Of a stretch of 64,000 nt of DNA, positions 26,614 through 40,294 are shown piece after piece. The translations under genes were made by a program, and so were the position numbers. The stretch is taken from the NCBI GenBank assembly GCA_964016885.1, contig OZ024741.1, positions 344,658,001 to 344,722,000 of the forward strand, read 5' to 3'. The notes under the pieces were generated by a model, which saw only the letters and a list, made by a program, of their open reading frames with translations, was not told the DNA's origin and made no database searches. Numbering within the stretch: position 1 is the first letter of the stretch; each line of letters opens with the position of its first letter. Source of the DNA: Eledone cirrhosa (lineage: Eukaryota).

Positions 26614-26711
26614 GATAAGAGAGAGATGGATAGACAAAATGAGAAAGAGTATGGGAGATGGAGATAGAGGATGAGAAAGGAAGATAGAGAGGATGAGAAA
26701 GGGGGATATTT

Positions 26712-26779
<68 letters not shown>

Positions 26780-27510
26780 CACACACAGAGAGAGAGAAGA
26801 GGGACAGACAGAGAGAGACAGAAAATAAAGAAGTAAATATAAATATAAATACGACAAAGAAACAAACAAAAAAGCCAGGCGTTGTGTCTGTGTAAGTAAA
26901 TCAATAGTAATGATTATTTCCTGAGGAGAAAAGGAGAAAAGAAAACAAACAAAAAGAAAGGGAAATAGAGGCAAAATAAATAGAAAGAGAATGAGGAGAG
27001 AGTTTCCACATAGAGAAAGAGAGAGAGTAAAGGAGAGAGAGAGAGAGAAAGAAGAAATGGAGGAGAGGAACAAAAAAAAAGGAAGGAAGGAAAGCTGATG
27101 GTGAAGGAGCAAAGAAGTGAAGTTAATCGATAAATCAATAAAATCAGACCGATTGATTTCAGAAAAGAATCTCCGTGTAGATGACTGTGTAATTTCAATC
27201 CCCCCAACCCTACCCTATCTATCTGTTCACTTCTTTTATTCATATTATCCTCTCCCTCCCTCCGCCTCCTTGCTTCTGTGTCATTCTCTTTTTCTTTTTC
27301 GTTTTTTTTTTTATATATATATATATGTGTGTCTCTGCATATATATAGAGATGTGTGTGTGTGTGTGTGTGTGTACATGTGTATATATGTATATACATGT
27401 ATGTGCACATATATGAGTGTGCATATATATATCTATATATATGTGATGAATGTATCATCATCATCAGCGTTTAACGTCCATCTTCCTCGCTTGCATATAT
27501 ATATATATAT

Positions 27511-27692
27511 ATAGGAATGAGTAGGACCCCGACGGCTGAACTCAAGCCGTTTCGACGGCTAATTCCAGAATTAGTCGTCGAAACGGCTTGAGCCGTCAGG
27601 GTCCTACTCGTTCCTATTACCACTCTACTACCCTAAGTATTGAGTACTTTGGTGCGTTATGGTCCTCCTGGTTCCTTACCACATTTCCTTTG
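27511..27692 (+). mobile_element. Fold-back element containing the 3' half of a hammerhead (family F)
   Basis: Hairpin 27511-27617; GAAA-CGGC TTGA GCCG-TC at 27580-27597; no CUGANGA; (TA)n on both sides. Confidence 0.6.
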
Positions 27693-27801
27693 TTATATAT
27701 ATATATGTATATATATGTGTGTGTATATATATATATGTGCACATATATATGTATAAGTGTGCATGTGTGTATATATATATATATCTATATATATATATAT
27801 G

Positions 27802-27854
<53 letters not shown>

Positions 27855-29509
27855 TATTACCTATGTACAAATATTAATGGAAATTTGATAGTGAGAAACA
27901 TATGTACCCTTGAGGGTACATCATAATCATTTTTAGCAAGGTATTTTTCATGAAAAGTGCTCAACAAATGTTAATATAAATTATGAATTATTTTGGGCTA
28001 TGACTTTAGATGAGTGAAAGAATGAACAAAAAGAACCAACTTCTAATACACAATATAAAGGAAATGTGCACGATCTTATCTTGTAGCTAGATATAATGTA
28101 TGGTCTCTAGAATGCTAGGCTTTATTTGTCTGTATACACTTCATGCAGAGCAATTCCCCTTCAACATGTTCGCCTCTGTCTATTGTTGAAACACATGTAT
28201 AGATTCATAACTCCTTGTAGAGTGCAGTAGTGACATACAGTATTTCTTGAGCATTTTCTTCAAACCTTGTGAGCACATCTCCTTTCTAAATATCAATGTG
28301 ACCAATTTCTTCCAGGGTAGGGAAAGAGAGTGATAGAGAGGAAGAAATGAGAAAGACCAGTAAATTTGTGGGTAGAGGAAAGCCAATGAAATCAATCTCA
28401 GTACTGAACTGGTACTTTTTTTATCGACCTCAAAAGGATGAAAGTTTTCCTTGTCCAGATTTGAACTCAGTGTGCAAAGAACTGGAATGAGTACTGCAAA
28501 GTATTCTATCCAATGTTCTAACGACTCTGCCAATTTGCTGTCTTTTAATACACATTATCATTCCATGATTTCTTTCCCTTTTCCTATACATTTGTCTGTA
28601 TTCTAGTCTAGCCAACTTGCTAAGTGAATATGCTTTGCTGAGGAGGTCTAATAAGCTTGAAACATGTCCATTGCTTTTATCAAGCTGGCTTATAGACAAC
28701 GTCCACTCCCAATTGATTGTCTAAAATTGTTCCTAAAGACTTGGATCAGTTTAGGACTTATTTAAGTCATCTTGGGTGGTTCTCCCACTTTATCAAGGGG
28801 CTACTCTCACCTAGGTCTCATTGAGTTAGACGAAAAGCCTGTACATCAGAGGTTGCCAAGAATTAACATAATTCATTATTATTAGAGGTAGTGGGAAAAT
28901 ATTGTTTTTATTTTTTATATTTATCAAATATTTAATCTCTAACAACCTTGTCTCAAGGTCACTTAATTAAAGTGAACCCAGTAATTGACTTGTATTTTAT
29001 TTAACCATTTTGATAGCAACCCACCCAACACCACTTCTGCTTCTCTGAAACAAAACTTGCTCCATCCAGGGCCATATTTAGACCTTGTGGGTCCTAGGGC
29101 AGTTCAGGTTTGGAGGTACCCAGCGCAGTTCGAATTTAGGAGGCCCAGAGCTGTTACTAGAAGGGGTCCTGTTTGACAAGGCGCACCCAGGGAATTTGCC
29201 TCCTCCACCTCCTTATGTAAGTTTTATGAATGGTCATTGACTTGGTGTTGAGTTCACCTCCTCTTACAGACAGGTATCATTGTTATTGTTTTACTTTTGC
29301 CCTGTCTTAGTATCATCTACTGATCTTTCACATATGAGGGTAGAATTGCTGAATTAGTCATTGAAATCTTCATCATGAAACAAATAGTATTGGTTTACCA
29401 GATTAGCAGTAGATCATCTGATCTGACCTGACAACACATGAGTGAATCATGCTCAACATCACTTTATTTGACAGAAACAACAACACCTGGATTCAACAGC
29501 AGACTGGAA

Positions 29510-30120
29510 TCATCATCATCATCACCGTTTTACGTCCATTCTTCCATGCTAGCATGGGTTAGACGGATTGTTCTGTTGTGGGTAATGTCAGGTCGGGTGA
29601 CCATGTCTTGTTCATACGGGAACTGATTTTGGATTGATTTCTACAGCTGGATGTCATTCCTAACACCAACCTCATTTACAGTGAGTGCTGGGTGCCTTTT
29701 TACCATGGTGCCTACACGACCACTTCACAGTGTGGGCTGGGTGCTTTTTTGTCGTGATACCTCCACGACCACTTTGTGGTGAGAGGGGATGGGGGCATAT
29801 TGTCTATATGCTTCAGCTTCAGCTTGTACCTGTGGGAAGTCGGGTCATCTGTATTACTGTGTGACGCCAGAGGTCACAGTCCTGTGTTATTGCCTTTGAG
29901 AGGTGCAATTGAGCAAGGTCAGCTTTTATCATCTCATCCCAGGTCTTCTTGGGTCTCCCAACTCCATGGCTTCCATCAAATTTTAATTCTCTGCACCTTT
30001 TTATGCAGCTGTCATCCTTCATACTCATCACATGTCCATACCAATACAACCTCCTCTCCTGCACACAGCATTTGATTCCTCTTATGCTCAGTCTCTCTCT
30101 CAATTCGTTTATGCTTTGCC
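29510..30120 (-). mobile_element. RTE LINE 3' end, abutting an opposite-strand RTE-type fragment (about 30120-30390)
   Basis: ORF 29819-30103 has WYGHVMSMKDD...GRPKKTW; plus-strand fragment reads RWAGH...TEWTPR. Confidence 0.85.
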
Positions 30121-30741
30121 GTGAAGGACATAATTGGGACCATCAAAACGAGCAAACATAGATGGGCTGGCCACTCTCTTGTTTCAAAGACAAAAGGTTG
30201 GACTATTAGAATGACAGAGTGGACACCAAGGCAGTGGAGAAGAACTAGAGGGCAGCCAAAGGCCAGATGGCATGAAAATCTGACCTGATACATTGGCCTC
30301 ACATGGCCCAGTATGGCCAGAAATGGGAAGTGGTGGGGGTCAACCAGGAAGGGGCTCCTCCAACAGGTGCGAGAAAGCCCTGGATTTCGGGTTTTGGATA
30401 ACACATACACACTTGTATGCATGCATGCACATACACAGACACACAATAATGTTGAATCTCCCTGAGAACTAAGTTAAGGGTATGTATTAATATGTAGTCA
30501 CTTCCACATTAATCTCATTTGCTGTCTGTTCCATTGTTTGGATAACTGGAATGCTCACCATCCAACACACTCATGTGCATGCATACACATGTACATTCAT
30601 GTACACACACACGTCCATGCACACATACATGCACATACATATGCATGCACATGTACAACACACACATGCATACATACACACATGCATACACATGTACACA
30701 CAGACACACAAAATCTACACAGCTGGCAGAAATGAATTATA

Positions 30742-31610
30742 CAGGGTGTCCATAAAGTCCCTTTACAATTTAAAAAATATATTAAATAGGCAATTGATGA
30801 GATATCTTAATCAGATTTGTTCTATGTACTCAGTAGTTATCAAAGTTTTAATCACGTTGCATTTGTGTATTTCCGGTATCCTGTTGATGAAGGGAACCCC
30901 TAAAAAATGGCTACTCCTCAAGAAAAGGCACAATGTGTGTCATGGTTTATTCAAACAAAATTGGATACACAAACTCAGCGAAACTACAGAACTAACTATG
31001 GAAGAGATCCACCGTCACGTCCGTCAATTCGGGCATGGCACAAGAAATTTATCATTGGTCCATTTTTCTTCAACTAGACATCAATTACTGCAAATGTTTA
31101 CCTTGAACATTTGACTGAATATGTGACACCACAACTAGATGACCTTCAACCAAGCATCATTTTTCAGTAAGATGGTGCACCACCACATTGGGGACTGCAT
31201 ATTTGTGGGTTCCTAAATCAAATATTTCCAGAGCGGTGGATTGGAAAGGATTGCCCAATTCCCTGGCCACCTAGTTCACCAGATGTCACTCCCCTGAACT
31301 TCTTTCTATGGGAGGTATGTTAAAGATATCGTGTATCGAACAAAGATACAGGACATCACTGATCTAAATCAAAAGATCACTGATGCCATTGCCACCATTG
31401 ATGAGGCTATGCTACAGCGAACATGGCAAGAAATAGAGTACCATCTTGATGTTCTTCGTGCAACTAATGGTGCCTATATAGAGGTGTATTAAATTAAGTA
31501 AAAAACTTCAATATCTATTCCCCATTTTGTAACAATTTTCACATATTTGTCTGTTTATTTGCTTTTGTAATAATTTTTTTAAATTGTAACGGGACCTTAT
31601 GAACACCCTG
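30742..31610 (+). mobile_element. Internally deleted Tc1/mariner transposon of DD41D (rosa-like) type, pseudogenised
   Basis: TA flanks; terminal repeats CAGGGTGTCCATAAAGTCCC and GGGACCTTATGAACACCCTG; MATPQEKAQCVSWF N-terminus, IIGPFFF, Q*DGAPPH...RWIG...WPPSSPDVTPLN with 41 residues between the second D and the mutated third position. Confidence 0.9.
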
Positions 31611-32690
31611 TACTTTCAACTCAAAGCATCACCTTCGCTATACACTATCTCATGCTGAATCTCCCTGAGAACTAATGGTACACATGTGTCTCTGGAATGC
31701 TCAGTCACTTGCACATTAATTTCATGAGCAGGCTGTTCCATTACTTGAACCACTCTAACACTCTCTCTCAGACACATGCACAAACAATTACATAGTCTAT
31801 TCAGCTGGCAAAAATGAGTTGTACCTGTAATTCATAGGGCCAGCCATGTCACATACTGTGTCATGCTGAATCTCCCTGAGATGAAAGGCAAAGCTGAACT
31901 TGACAAAACTTGTACAAATACTGTAATATCTTTTCTCCTGTTTTATTGACTACCACTAACTTTAAAGAGATAGACGTCCTTATATATTCTGCTGATAAAG
32001 CAGGACATTGAACATTACAGATACATTTATACTAATATTTAATTAAATACAATGTACCTGAATTAATGAAGAATTTGGAGAGATTCACTGATATATTATT
32101 TATTCCATTATTAATGTGGTATGTTAAAGGGTTGTGGATTGTCAGTATCAATGGAACGTCAGACAACATACTTTACGGCTTAGAGTTATGGCCCTTTACA
32201 TTCTGAGTTCAAATCTTGCTGAGGTTAGCTTTGCCTTTCAACCTTACGGGGTTGATAAAATAAAGTACCTGTACTGCAATGGGGTTGATTTAATCGACTT
32301 TTCCTTCACCACAAAATTGTTGGCCTTGTGCCTGAATCAGAAACGATGGTGGATTGGCAGTATCGGTAGAGGGTCGGACGCCATGCTTTGCAGCAAAGAG
32401 TTACGGCCCTTTATGGTCTGAAATGGTTCAAATCCCACCGAAGTTAACTTTGCCTTTCATCCTTACGAGGTTGATAAAATAAAGTACTAGTAATGCACTG
32501 GGATAATTGTCGGCCTTGTGCCAAAAGTAGAAGTAATTATTTGTAACAAACTTAAAAGGATTTTATATCAAATTATGTTGAAATATTTTATTGTAATTTA
32601 TATGTATGTATGGATTCATAACTCCAGGTGGAATCATTAGTGCACCATATTGACATATGGTGTTTCTTGGGCATTTAAAAAAAATATAAT

Positions 32691-32949
32691 GATGTTAGTG
32701 TGTTGCCTTAAAGTTCTTTATATATCCTTATATTTTTGGATAAAATCCCTTTATCAACAGGTTAATAGAAGAAACTAGTTCAGAGCTATTTATATATTGT
32801 CACTCTTAAGCAGCCATTTTTTGAAATTTGAAGGTGACAAAAAAATATATAGTCCTGAACTAGTTTCTTCCATTAACCTTTTAATGAATGTATTTTATCC
32901 CAAAATATAAGGACCTATAAAAAAAACTGCAAGGTAAAATTCCAACATC
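32691..32949. repeat. Diverged inverted repeat, MITE-like
   Basis: ccttatatttttggataaaat...aggttaatagaagaaactagttcag is mirrored by ctgaactagtttcttccattaacct...attttatcccaaaatataagg. Confidence 0.7.
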
Positions 32950-33097
32950 TTGTAGTAGCTTTCAAACAAAACACTGTTTTAAAAATAAAATAAAATTATC
33001 CTACTACCTCTAACAATTATAAACTAATGAGGGAGTCACTGAGTTATTGCTCAACCTGCTAAATATAACATCTAAATGTCAAAATACATTGAACCAT

Positions 33098-33327
33098 TTA
33101 ATCCTTTAGCATTTTAAACTGCCCATATCCGGCCAAAATTCTCTCACCTCTTTCTGTTCAAAATGACCGTAGCTAGCCACTCATACTTATGTTAAGGTAT
33201 TGTTCTCAACGTAAATAATATCAAAATCTCATAGATTCGATATTATGTGAGATAATTATCTGAGATAAAGCCTTTACCATGAAATTACAATAGTATGTAT
33301 AGAGAAATAGAAATGCTAAAGGGTTAA
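33098..33327 (-). mobile_element. piggyBac-type MITE copy
   Basis: Reverse copy of 8390-8621 with TTAA at both ends. Confidence 0.8.
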
Positions 33328-33559
33328 AAAAATTGTTTAATGAAGTCATGGATATTATTAACCTGACTTCCCTGCACATATGGAAACAATGGAATGGTCA
33401 CTAGTAGAATAAATTCCAGTTGAACTGAAACTAAACAGCAATAATAGTATAATGACCATCATGTGAACCAACAAGGAAGTTTCTACCACAAGGTAGTTCA
33501 GTTTGGACTCATCACCACTGCCTCCCTACATTTCAATTATGTACCCTCAGATTTATCTA

Positions 33560-33840
33560 AAAGGTCTAAAGTCTGTCTCGAGCAGTAGGTTGGTGCTTAT
33601 CCTAGGTTCTTTGGCATTAAGCAACTGAGAATACAAGACTTCCTCGTTGGACAGGATATTAGTCCATCGCCAGGTTAAACCCCCAGCTATTGCTAGTACT
33701 CATTTTCAGCCGAGTATACTGGAGCAACATGAAATGTAGTGTTTTGCTCAAGCACACAATGCACAACCCAGTCCAGGAATCAAATCTACGACATTATAAT
33801 TGTAAATCCAACACCCTTAGCACTAGGCCACATGCCTTTA
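33560..33840 (-). mobile_element. tRNA-derived SINE (family 1 head and core, different 3' part)
   Basis: Reverse match to 38755-39035 and 41945-42230. Confidence 0.75.
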
Positions 33841-34160
33841 CTCAGATTTAATGGTGAAATGCTTATTCCGAAATTCTGTCTTAAAATTATTGTCAATTAG
33901 AATGCCCCACTCAAAATGTTCCACACACAAGCACTAAAGCTTGGCAACAGGCTTGCCTCAACTTGTTAGAAAAATCAGCCATATCTCATACCTAGCAAAT
34001 ATCTCAGCCTGTAGGCTTTTAAAACAATAAATGGAAGGACATTTTAGTTAATGTAGTCCTAGATATACTATGCCTAGAAGGAGAAAAAAATCAACAAGAA
34101 AGAATGCATCAGGATGGATATGAGAGGAATTCCTTTGATCATAAGTGTGCTAATTAGAGT

Positions 34161-35237
34161 TGCCCCCTTGCATCACCACCATACCCCCTTGCATCACCAC
34201 CATACCCCCTTGCATCACCACCATACCCCCTTGCACCACCACCATACCCCCTTGCACCACCACCATACCCCCTTGCATCACCACCATACCCCCTTGCACC
34301 ACCACCATACCCCCTTGCACCACCACCATACCCCCTTGCATCACCACCATACCCCCTTGCACCACCACCATACCCCCTTGCACCACCACCATACCCCCCC
34401 TGCATCACCACCATACCCCCTTGCACCACCACCATAACCCCTTGCACCACCACCATACCCCCTTGCATCACCACCATACCCCCTTGCACCACCACCATAC
34501 CCCCTTGCACCACCACCATACCCCCCCTGCATCACCACCATACCCCCTTGCACCACCACCATAACCCCTTGCACCACCACCATACCCCCTTGCACCACCA
34601 CCATACCCCCTTGCACCACCACCATAACCCCTTGCACCACCACCATACCCCCTTGCACCACCACCATACCCCCTTGCATCACCACCATACCCCCTTGCAC
34701 CACCACCATACCCCCCCTGCATCACCACCATACCCCCTTGCACCACCACCATACCCCCTTGCATCACCACCATACCCCCTTGCACCACCACCATAACCCC
34801 TTGCACCACCACCATACCCCCTTGCACCACCACCATACCCCCTTGCACCACCACCATACCCCCTTGCATCACCACCATACCCCCTTGCACCACCACCATA
34901 ACCCCTTGCATCACCACCATACCCCCTTGCATCACCACCATACCCCCTTGCACCACCACCATAACCCCTTGCATCACCACTATACCCCCTTGCACCACCA
35001 CCATAACCCCTTGCACCACCACCATAACCCCTTGCACCACCACCATAACCCCTTGCATCACCACCATACCCCTTTGCATCACCACCATACCCCCTTGCAT
35101 CACCACCATACCCCCTTGCATCACCACCATACCCCCTTGCACCACCACCATACCCCCTTGCACCACCACCATACCCCCTTGCACCACCACCATACCCCCT
35201 TGCATCACCACCATACCCCCTTGCACCACCACCACCA
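34161..35237. repeat. 21-bp minisatellite (CCCCCTTGCAYCACCACCATA), about 50 copies
   Basis: Direct reading. Confidence 0.97.
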
Positions 35238-35419
35238 ACACTGCCCAGATTAACAGTAACTACAATAATAACAACTATGACAATAATCACATACAATGGC
35301 TGCTGAAATTGCTAGAAATATCAGCTAATCCTCCCTCCAGTTAGCACCTTACCCTGTAAATATTGATGAATATACAAGACAAATGAATCATGGATATAAT
35401 ATACCCCACTACCTGGATG

Positions 35420-37050
35420 TATACACACACACATACATGCACACACTCATACACATGCACTCGCACATACAGACACATATACACACATGCACACATACAC
35501 ACATACACATACATACATGCACACACTCATACACATGCACTCACACATACAGACACACATACACACATGCACACATACACACACACACATACATGCACAC
35601 ACTCATACACATGCACTCGCACATACAGACACATACACACATGCACACATACACACATACACACACATACATGCACACACTCATACACATGCACTCGCAC
35701 ATACAGACACACGTACACACATATACACATGCACACACTCATACACATGCACTCGCACATACAGACACACATACACACATACACACATGCACACATACAC
35801 ATACATACATGCACACACTCATACACATACACATGCACTCGCACATACAGACACACATACACACATACACATATGCACACATACACACACATACACACAT
35901 ACACATACATACATGCACACACCCATACAGACACACACACACATGCACTCACGCATACAGGCACACACATACACATGCACTCACACATTCACACACATAT
36001 ACAGACACACACACATACTTGCATGCACACATGCATATGCACACAATCACAAAATACAGTGAAACAAAAAGGAAACCAACATTCAATATTGAAATAATTT
36101 GACTTGACTCTCTCTTTCTCTCTTCCCCCTCTCTCTATACATATATGTGTGTGTAATATATATATATGTAGGTATGTATGCATGTGTTTGTATACATATG
36201 TATGTTTGTATATATAGATACATATGTATATACATATATATATATGTATGTATGCATATGTGTTTGTATATATAGATACATATGTATGTTTGTATATATG
36301 TATGTGTGTATGTATGTATATGTGTTTGTATATATAGATACATATGTATCTATATATATACAAACATACATATGTATCTATATATACAAACACATATACA
36401 TACATACACACATACATATATACATACATATATATGTGTATACATATGTATCTATATATATACAAACATACATATGTATACACATATATATGTATGTGTG
36501 TATGTATGTATATGTGTTTGTATATATAGATACATATGTATGTTTGTATATATATAGATACATATGTATCTATATATACAAACACATATACATACATACA
36601 CACATACATATATACATACATATATATGTGTATACATATGTATCTATATATATACAAACATACATATGTATACACATATATATGTATGTGTGTATGTATG
36701 TATATGTGTTTGTATATATAGATACATATGTATGTTTGTATATATAGATACATATGTATACACATATATATGTATGTGTGTATGTATGTATATGTGTTTG
36801 TATATATAGATACATATGTATATTTGTATATATATATAGATACATATGTATACACATATATATATGTATGTGTGTATGTATGTATGTGTTTATATATAGA
36901 TACATATGTATGTATGTATGTTTGTATATATATACATACTTATGTATATACATGTGTGTATATGTCTGTTTATGTGTATGTATGTATATACATGTGTGTG
37001 TGCATTATGTTTGTGTGTGTATGTATGTATGTATGTGTGTGTGTGTGTCT
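35420..37050. repeat. Compound (CA/TA)n microsatellite with higher-order and inverted units
   Basis: Direct reading; a 192-bp duplication (36371 and 36563) contains inverted halves. Confidence 0.85.
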
Positions 37051-38516
37051 TCACTTTATTTTCCTTCAAGAAAAAAATCTAAGACAGAATATAAATATGT
37101 AATAACTCTTCCTCCCCCACCTCTCTCGCTCTCTTTCTCTCTCTCTCTATCATTTTTTAAAGATATCAATATAAGTTTTTAAAAAATGAAAAACAAAAGA
37201 AAAAAAACTTGCTGACTGTTTAAATGTAAGGGAGACAATTCTGGTGAGGTTGATGTAAAAAATAAATTAGAGTGAAAGGAGCTCTTTTTACAAGTGAGGG
37301 AGAGAAAAAACTGAAATCAATATTTCAAAAAAATGAGAAACAAACCAGTAATGTCTATTGATTTCAGCATATACTCACATAGATTTAGAGAACTAGGTGA
37401 AAGGAAAGGGAATTGGAGTACTGTGGTATACATAGCCCCTTTTAAAGGACTTTCCTGGACATGCTACACTAATTTTATATTGATTTCCTTTAGAAGTATT
37501 TTCAGATTTCGCTATAAATAAGGAGTCTGCGATGTTGATATGGCAGCCTCTGTATGGTTGCTTGATCTGCTAGAAATAGCAGCCATATAAGAACGTCTTT
37601 ATTTCTTCAATGTTGTAATCTAGATGGCAAGCAAATGAAGGAACCTCCACGTGGTCGTTAAGCCTGCTAGAAATAGCAGGTAGATCTGACCTTGTGCTAA
37701 ATGCAATAAATACTTCTTTCACTTCCTTAATCTTTAATCTAGATGTCAAGTCAAAGAGAGAGGAAGCCTTTACATGGTGGTTTATCCTGCTAGAAATAGC
37801 AGCAAAATCCATCTGCATGATGAACAATAAATTCTTCTTTCATTTCAATATTTAAACTAGATATCAAGTCAAGGAGAGAGGAAGTTTCTACCTAGTTGTT
37901 TGGCTTGTTAAAAATAGCAGCCAAATCTGACCTTGAGCTAAACACAAATACTTCTTTCATTTCCATAGTCTTTTATCATGATGTTAAATCAAGGAGGCAA
38001 AGAGCCACTCTCTAGATCATCATTGTTAAAAATGGATATTGGATAATGCGGTTGGGTGTAGATACACTATGCCTGAAAATAAGATTGGATGGGCGTGGCT
38101 GGAATGACTTTAATCTGTCATGGCTCACTTAGGTGTTAATGAAAACAGTTTAAATAACCATCTCAATTTCCGTTCTTTAGAATTTTGGATTATAAAATGT
38201 TTACCCTATCCAGCTTTTGGGTTTTTTTGTGGGGAGGAACGTGGGAATCGGTCTTAATTGTATTGTTAGTATTATTATTAATATATATAAAAAATCACAA
38301 CCACCAATATCATCATAATTATTATTTTTGCAATATTTGTTCTGAGTTCAAATCCTCCCAAGATCACCTTTACCTGTCATCCTTTAGAAGGTGTAAAATA
38401 AAGTACCAGTATATATAAGTGTTGTGGAACTACTTCTACCAAACTCGTTCCATGGACTGAGTGCTCTACTACTGCAGATATAACCCACCAGTGTTCTACC
38501 AATATATATATATATA

Positions 38517-38715
38517 TTTAATATAGAAATGGCTTCTACAGGACTAGAACTGTTTCATTCGGAGGAAATCATCAGAAAGCCCTGATGATTTCCTGAGCTT
38601 TCTGATGATTTCTTCCGAATGAAACAGTTCTAGTCCTGTAGAAGCCATTTCTATATTAAATTACTTTTACTCTGCTATGTATTGAGTACCTTACTTACTG
38701 TGGTTATCCTGGGAT
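38517..38715. mobile_element. Fold-back element with two opposed hammerheads (family C)
   Basis: Minus hammerhead 38531-38581, plus hammerhead 38597-38645, tail gtattgagtaccttacttactgtggtt; (TA)n on both sides. Confidence 0.85.
38597..38645 (+). ncRNA. Type I hammerhead ribozyme (family C)
   Basis: GCTTT-CTGATGA-T[TTC TTCC GAA]T-GAAA-[CAG TTCTAGTC CTG]-TA-GAAGC; GUA triplet at 38638-38640. Confidence 0.85.
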
Positions 38716-38754
38716 CTATATATATATATATATGATGATGTTATATATATATTG

Positions 38755-39035
38755 TGGAGGCACGTGGCCTAGTGGTAAGGGTGTTGGACTTACGATCATA
38801 ATGTCGTGGGCTCGATTTCTGGGTTGCGTGTTGTGTTCTTGAGCAAAACACTTCATTTCATGTTGCTCCAGTATACTCAGCTGAAAATGAGTAACAGCAA
38901 TAGCTGGAGGTTTAATCCTGCGATGGACTGGCGTCCTGTCCAGGGGGGAGTCTTGTACTCTCAGTCACTTCACGCCATGAAACTGGGATAAGCACCGGCC
39001 AAATGAACCTTCTGGCTTAAGACAGACTTTAGACT
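38755..39035 (+). mobile_element. tRNA-derived SINE in (TA)n
   Basis: tggaggcacgtggcctagtggtaagg A box, core ttcttgagcaaaacactt, gcgatggactggcgtcctgtccagggg. Confidence 0.8.
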
Positions 39036-39282
39036 TTTTTATATATATATTTCATTCACAGAATAAAACACTACCTAAGGTTTCAAAGTCCAATATTGAC
39101 CATATCTCTAGAGTGCAAGAAGGATCAAAATAGGTGCTTATATGAGTTTATAAGATACCATTGAAAGTAATGCATGCTAGAACACTAGTTTATGAAAAAC
39201 GTATTATAACAAAGGGAAATAACTCCAAGATATAAATTTGAAATACCGAAATCATAGTGTTCACGGGCTATAGCAGCTGTAT

Positions 39283-39438
39283 AGTATTATGTGGTGGTAT
39301 GTAATACAGAGATGGTAGTATTAAGGTATGGAGTAGAGTAGTATAGAAGGTATACTGTATTATGTGGTGGTATGTAATACAGAGATGGTAGTGTTAAGGT
39401 ATGGAGTAGAGTGGTATAGAAGGTGTACTGTATTATGT
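39283..39438. repeat. Tandem duplication of a unit of about 75 bp
   Basis: gtattatgtggtggtatgtaatacagagatggtag... occurs twice in succession. Confidence 0.85.
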
Positions 39439-39492
39439 AAGAGTGGAAAAAGTAAGAGAAAGAAAATATATTAAAAAAGCATAGAAATCAAA

Positions 39493-39720
39493 TTAACCCA
39501 TTAACATTTAACCCAGCCATATCCAGCCAGAATTCTCTTATCTCTTTCAGTTAAAACCAGCCATAACCAGCCACTCGTACTGATGTTAAGGTATTGTTCT
39601 CAAAATGAATAATATCAAAATCTCATACATTCAATATTATTTAAGATATTATGTGAGATAAAGCCTTTACTGTGAAAATACAATAATAAATATAGAGTAA
39701 TGTAAATGCTAAAGGGTTAA
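39493..39720 (-). mobile_element. piggyBac-type MITE copy
   Basis: TTAACCC...GGGTTAA, reverse orientation. Confidence 0.8.
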
Positions 39721-39951
39721 AGTGGTTGGAAATCCTTCAAATTTGTTGAGTATTTCCACTTACCAAGCAGTTGGTTTTTAAGATGGAGGCATCCTGTTAA
39801 AATTTTGCTCTTTGAGTTCAGATAATTATTGTGCTATTGGTCATTGGCTGTCATGCTAGGCTGGCTTTCAACCAATGTCCAATATCACAGAGTTTAATAA
39901 CTTATGACCTATGTGACAGAGAATCCTTGGTTGTAATGAATGGCATTTTCT

Positions 39952-40008
<57 letters not shown>

Positions 40009-40262
40009 CTTTCACTACTTAGCAACCCCACCCCCTCCATCACACAATTCTAGCATTAATTGATGGTGTGATATTTGGAGATCATCTGCCACAGTTATAA
40101 CACTGTATTAGCAGTCTGTGCCCGAATCAGTCTCTATTTTCTATTCTCTGCTTGTATTCAATGTAATCCTGTTGTCTAGGTCTTGTATTATGTTCAGCTA
40201 ATAAGGCTGGGCCATCAAGATATGTATAGTACTGTCAGTGTGGCCTTCTGTTGTTGTTTTTA

Positions 40263-40294
<32 letters not shown>

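Noticed and set aside
34114-35296. His-rich or GYGGGAR repeat protein
   Set aside because: A 21-bp minisatellite with frame-breaking units; no start or signal context, although a structural-protein exon cannot be fully excluded without RNA data.
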